A DNA stretch of 64,000 nt from Mobula hypostoma (lineage: Eukaryota): positions 55,862,001 through 55,926,000 of the forward strand of contig NC_086104.1 in assembly GCF_963921235.1 (NCBI RefSeq), given 5' to 3'. This document shows positions 60,231 through 64,000 of the stretch, one piece after another. The notes below the pieces were generated by a model that made no database searches, was not told where the DNA came from, and saw nothing but the letters and a program-made list of their open reading frames with translations. A program made the position numbers and the translations under genes. The first letter of the stretch is position 1. The number at the start of each line of letters is the position of its first letter.

Positions 60231-60974
60231 GAAAAATCGATTGTTATTTCTATAAAAGCGAGAATTTCAGTCATGCACACAAAATATGAACCACTTAAAA
60301 TCACTGGAACTCCTCTGTCTTTCGTGCCTTTTATAAGCTGATTCTAAGAAACAGTTCTGGAAGAATTTGGAAAAATAAAGTTTCCTGTGACAATTCTGAA
60401 ATAACCAACACATTGTATCTTAAAGTTTACTAAATAACACCATTTGAAATGCCACGATTACCAATATTGAATAAATAATCAGTGTTAATATGATGGAATA
60501 AAACCTAAGCACTCACTGGTTTGGTGAATATTGAAGGTGATGTCTGATTACATACTTCACCTGATGTTGGCCAAGTTTTCTGTGTGAGAAGCCATCTTGT
60601 TTTAAATGGTATCCCTGTTTTGGCATTCTTCTGGAAAGTCCAGTGATTCGGAACTGCTTCATTCATTTCTTCATCAATTTTTAAATTCAAATTACTGAAT
60701 GATTTAAAATTTATTAAAACTGAGTTAGCAATGTAAATCTATATACGTGGACATTTTGTACTATTCTGTCAGGTAAGTGACAGCAGCATGGCATAATACA
60801 GATCCTTTGCTTTCACTTTTTGATAGTAGATCATATAATTTCAGATCGGTTTCTGTTTAAAATGCTTTCCAACTTCAAGCCTGAGAGTAGGGGAATATAA
60901 TGTATTAATTCTACATTTTTGATTTTTTTGATTCTCTGTCAAAACTATACAAAAGATGACAATTTATTATTGTG

Positions 60975-63047
60975 GCAACACACATCAAAGTTGCTGGTGA
61001 TCGCAGCAGGCCAGGCAGCATCTCTAGGAAGAGAGTCGATGTTTCGGGCCGAGACCCTTCGTCAGGACTAACTGAAGGAAGAGCTAGTAAGAGATTTGAA
61101 AGTGGGAGGGGGAGATCCAAAATGATAGGAGAAGACGGGGGGGGGGGGAGGGATAGAGCCAAGAGCTGGACAGGTGATAGGCAAAAGGGATATGAGAGGA
61201 TCATGGGACAGGAGGCCCAGGGAGAAGGAAAAGGGGGAGGGGGGAAAAACCCAGAGGATGGGCAAAGGGTATAGTCAGAGGGACAGAGGCAGAAAAAGGA
61301 GAGGGAGAGAAAGAATGTGTGTATATAAATAAATAACGGATGGGGTACGAGGGGAGATGGGGCATTAGCGGAAGTTAGAGCTAAGTCAATGTTCATGCCA
61401 TCAGGTTGGAGGCTACCCAGACGGAATATAAGGTGTTGTTCCTCCAACCTGAGTGTGGCTTCAGCTTTACAGTAAAGGAGGCCGTGGATAAACATATCAG
61501 AATGGGATGTGGAATTAAAATGTGAGGCCACTGGGAGATCCTGCTTTCTCTGGCGGACAGAGCGTAGGTATTCAGCGAAACGGTCTCCCAGTCTGCGTGG
61601 GGTCTCGCCAATATATATAAGGCCGCATCGGGAGCACCAGACGCAGTATATCACTCCAGCCGACTCACAGGTGAAGTGTCGCCTCACCTGGAAGGACTGT
61701 CTGGGGCCCTGAATGGTGGTAAGGGAGGAAGTGTAAGGGCATGTGTAGCACTTGTTCCCCTTACAAGAATAAGTGCCAGGAGGGAGATCAGTGGGGAGGG
61801 ATGGGGGGGACGAATGGACAAGGGAGTCGCGTAGGGAGCGATCCCTGCGGAAAGCAGAGAGAGGGGGAGAGGGAAAGATATGCTTAGCGGATTTAATGTG
61901 GATAAATGTGAGGTTATCCACTTTGGTGGTAAGAACAGGAAAACAGATTTTTATCTGAATGGTGGCCGATTAGGAAAAGGGGAGGTGCAACGAGACCTGG
62001 GTGTCATTGTACACCAGTCATGAAAGTGGGCATGCAGGTATAGCAGGCGGTGAAAAAGGCGAATGGTATGCTGGCATTCATAGCAAGAGGATTCGAGTAC
62101 AGGAGCAGGGAGATTCTACTGCAGTTGTACAAGGCCTTGGTGAGAGCACACCTGGAATATTGTGTGCAGTTTTGGTCCCCTAATCTGAGGAAAGACATTC
62201 TTGCCATAGAGGGAGTACAAAGAAGGTTCACCAGATTAATTCCTGGGATGGCAGGACTTTCATCTGATGAAAGACTGGATCGACTACGCTTATACTCTCT
62301 GGAATTTAGAAGATTGATGGGGGAATCTTATTGAAATGTATAAAATTCTAAAGGGATTGGACAGGCTAGATGCAGGAAAATTTTTTCCGATGTTGGGGAA
62401 GTCCAAAACGAGGGGTCACAGTTTAAGGATAAAGGGAAAGCCTTTTAGGACCGAGATGAGGAAAAACTTCTTCACACAGAGTGGTGAATCAGTGGAATTC
62501 TCTGCCACAGGAAACAGTTGAGGCCAGTTCATTGGCCATATTTAAGAGGGAATTAGATATGGCCCTTGTGGCTAAAGGGATCGGGGGGTATGGAGAGAAG
62601 GCAGGTACAAGGTTCTGAGTTGGATGATCAGCCATGATCATACTGAATGGTGGTGCAGGCTCGAAGGGCCAAATGGCCTACTCCTGCACCTATTTTCTAA
62701 GTTTCTATGTGGTGGAAGTTACGGAGGGGGGAATTTTTTTCCCCCCTCCCCCTTTTCCTTCTCCCTGGGCCTCCTGTTCCATGATCCTCTCATATCCCTT
62801 TTGGCAATCAACTGTCCAGCTCTTGGCTCCATCCCTCCCCCTCCTGTCTTCTCCTATCATTTTGGATCTCCCCCTCCCACTTTCAAATCTCTTACTAGCT
62901 CTTCCTTCAGTTAGTCCTGACGAAGGGTCTCGGCCCAAAACATCGACTGTACCTCTTCCTGGAGATGCTGCCTGGCCTGCTGCGTTCACCAGCAACTTTG
63001 ATGTGTGTTGCTTGAATTTCCAGCATCTGCAGAATTCCTCATGTTTA
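60975..63047. mobile_element. Penelope-like element with GIY-YIG endonuclease remnant, inverted terminal arms and a nested CR1
   Basis: Minus ORF: CKGNKCYTCPY...FTCESAGVIYCVWCSRCGLIYIGET.RRL.DRF. Inverted terminal repeat at about 62730-63047. 14-bp TSD aatttattattgtg (60961-60974 and 63048-63061). Confidence 0.9.
61890..62708 (+). mobile_element. CR1 3' fragment nested in the Penelope element
   Basis: KKANGMLAFIARG.EY...LYKALVRAHLEYCVQFWSP plus CR1 tail. Confidence 0.88.
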
Positions 63048-63207
63048 AATTTATTATTGTGAATGTGTTTGTACTGCGATATAAAAATCTATTTCTGTGT
63101 AGTGGTATGTGATTCCATATTGTATTTTATTATGGACTACAGGGAAAAAAAATTGTCCGGAGTTGAAAAATATATGTTAAAGTGGCATTTTTTTTTCTTC
63201 TTTCAAG

Positions 63208-63431
63208 GTTCACACCAAAAATATTGAAGGACAGATTACTCCTTATTACCCTGTCTTAATGGGAAATGGTACACCTTGTAGCTTAAAACAGAACAAACCA
63301 AGAGTAACCACTGTCATGTATGTCTGCCATCCTGAAGCCAAGCATGAGATCCTCTCTGTTGCTGAGGTCACTACATGTGAATATGAATTAGTTATATTGA
63401 CACCACTATTGTGCAGCCATCCTAAATATAG
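63208..63431 (+). CDS. ERLEC1: ERLEC1 exon 7
   Basis: ttcaag|GTT...TATAG|gtaaga, 224 nt. Encodes [74 protein letters not shown]. Confidence 0.97.
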
Positions 63432-63586
63432 GTAAGATACTTAAGTGTTTAGTCTTACACTTATTTGCATAGTATATTATAATACATTTTATAATTTGCA
63501 GTAATTTTGGTCTATTCTAATTAGTCTTGTTACAATATTTTTACTATGATAATATGTGAGTATTGACTTGTTTTTATTTTGCCTAG

Positions 63587-63725
63587 ATTTAAAACCTCTC
63601 CAGTTAATGACATATTTTGCCAGTCATTACATGGCTCACCATTAAAGCCTCAAAGCCTTGAAGAATTTGAAAAACAGCAAGAAGAAATGATGAAGCCATC
63701 TTTTAATAACCAAAGAATCCAAGAG
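63587..63725 (+). CDS. ERLEC1: ERLEC1 exon 8; gene continues beyond the right edge
   Basis: cctag|ATTT...GAG|gtaact, 139 nt. Encodes (R)FKTSPVNDIFCQSLHGSPLKPQSLEEFEKQQEEMMKPSFNNQRIQE. Confidence 0.95.
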
Positions 63726-64000
63726 GTAACTTTTTGCAACAGATGAGATTTTTAAATAAGCTCTTATACTAAAGGAAGCCTTTATTGTGTCCCTGGCTAT
63801 TTTGCATATTACACTTATATTTACAGTTTCAAGAGAAGATTTGTGAATCTTTTGCAATTACTTGGTTTTAGAAACCATAGAAAACTACAGCACAGAAACA
63901 GGCCTTTTGGCCCTTCTTGGCTGTGCTTTTTCTGCCTAGTCCCACTGACCTGCACACGGACCATATCCCTCCATACACCTCCCATCCATGTATCTGTCCA

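Noticed and set aside
1-64000. GPR75 or GPR75-ASB3 read-through, tRNA/rRNA genes, CRISPR arrays
   Set aside because: I saw no seven-transmembrane ORF, complete tRNA cloverleaf, rRNA sequence or repeat-spacer array. By synteny GPR75 would lie beyond the right edge.

Overview
Eukaryotic (vertebrate) genomic DNA. The repeat content (abundant CR1 LINEs, Rex1/Babar LINEs, short Penelope-derived repeats) suggests a cartilaginous fish, probably a ray; this is an inference. The window holds the conserved ASB3-CHAC2-ERLEC1 block. ASB3 is on the minus strand with four coding exons, 15084-14889, 13426-13268, 9976-9864 and 798-663 (604 nt), and continues off the left edge. CHAC2 is complete on the plus strand: join 21378-21512, 32684-32719, 36099-36476 (182 aa). 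ERLEC1/XTP3-B is on the plus strand with its first eight coding exons (47939-63725, 309 codons) and continues off the right edge. All introns are GT-AG and the reading phases join correctly. CpG-rich promoters lie near 21.0-21.6 kb and 47.7-48.15 kb. The rest is mostly decayed transposable elements, often nested: CR1, Rex1/Babar, RTE-X, R4/Rex6, Penelope-like elements, solo LTRs, Tc1, Tigger/pogo, a mariner MITE and a Harbinger-type MITE. The most interesting non-gene signal is a minimal type-I hammerhead ribozyme motif repeated about ten times in Penelope-derived termini. Several of these insertions are TSD-bounded fold-backs inside ERLEC1 introns and downstream of CHAC2. No prokaryote-type system (CRISPR, operons) is present. 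Repeat boundaries are approximate unless a TSD or TIR is given.
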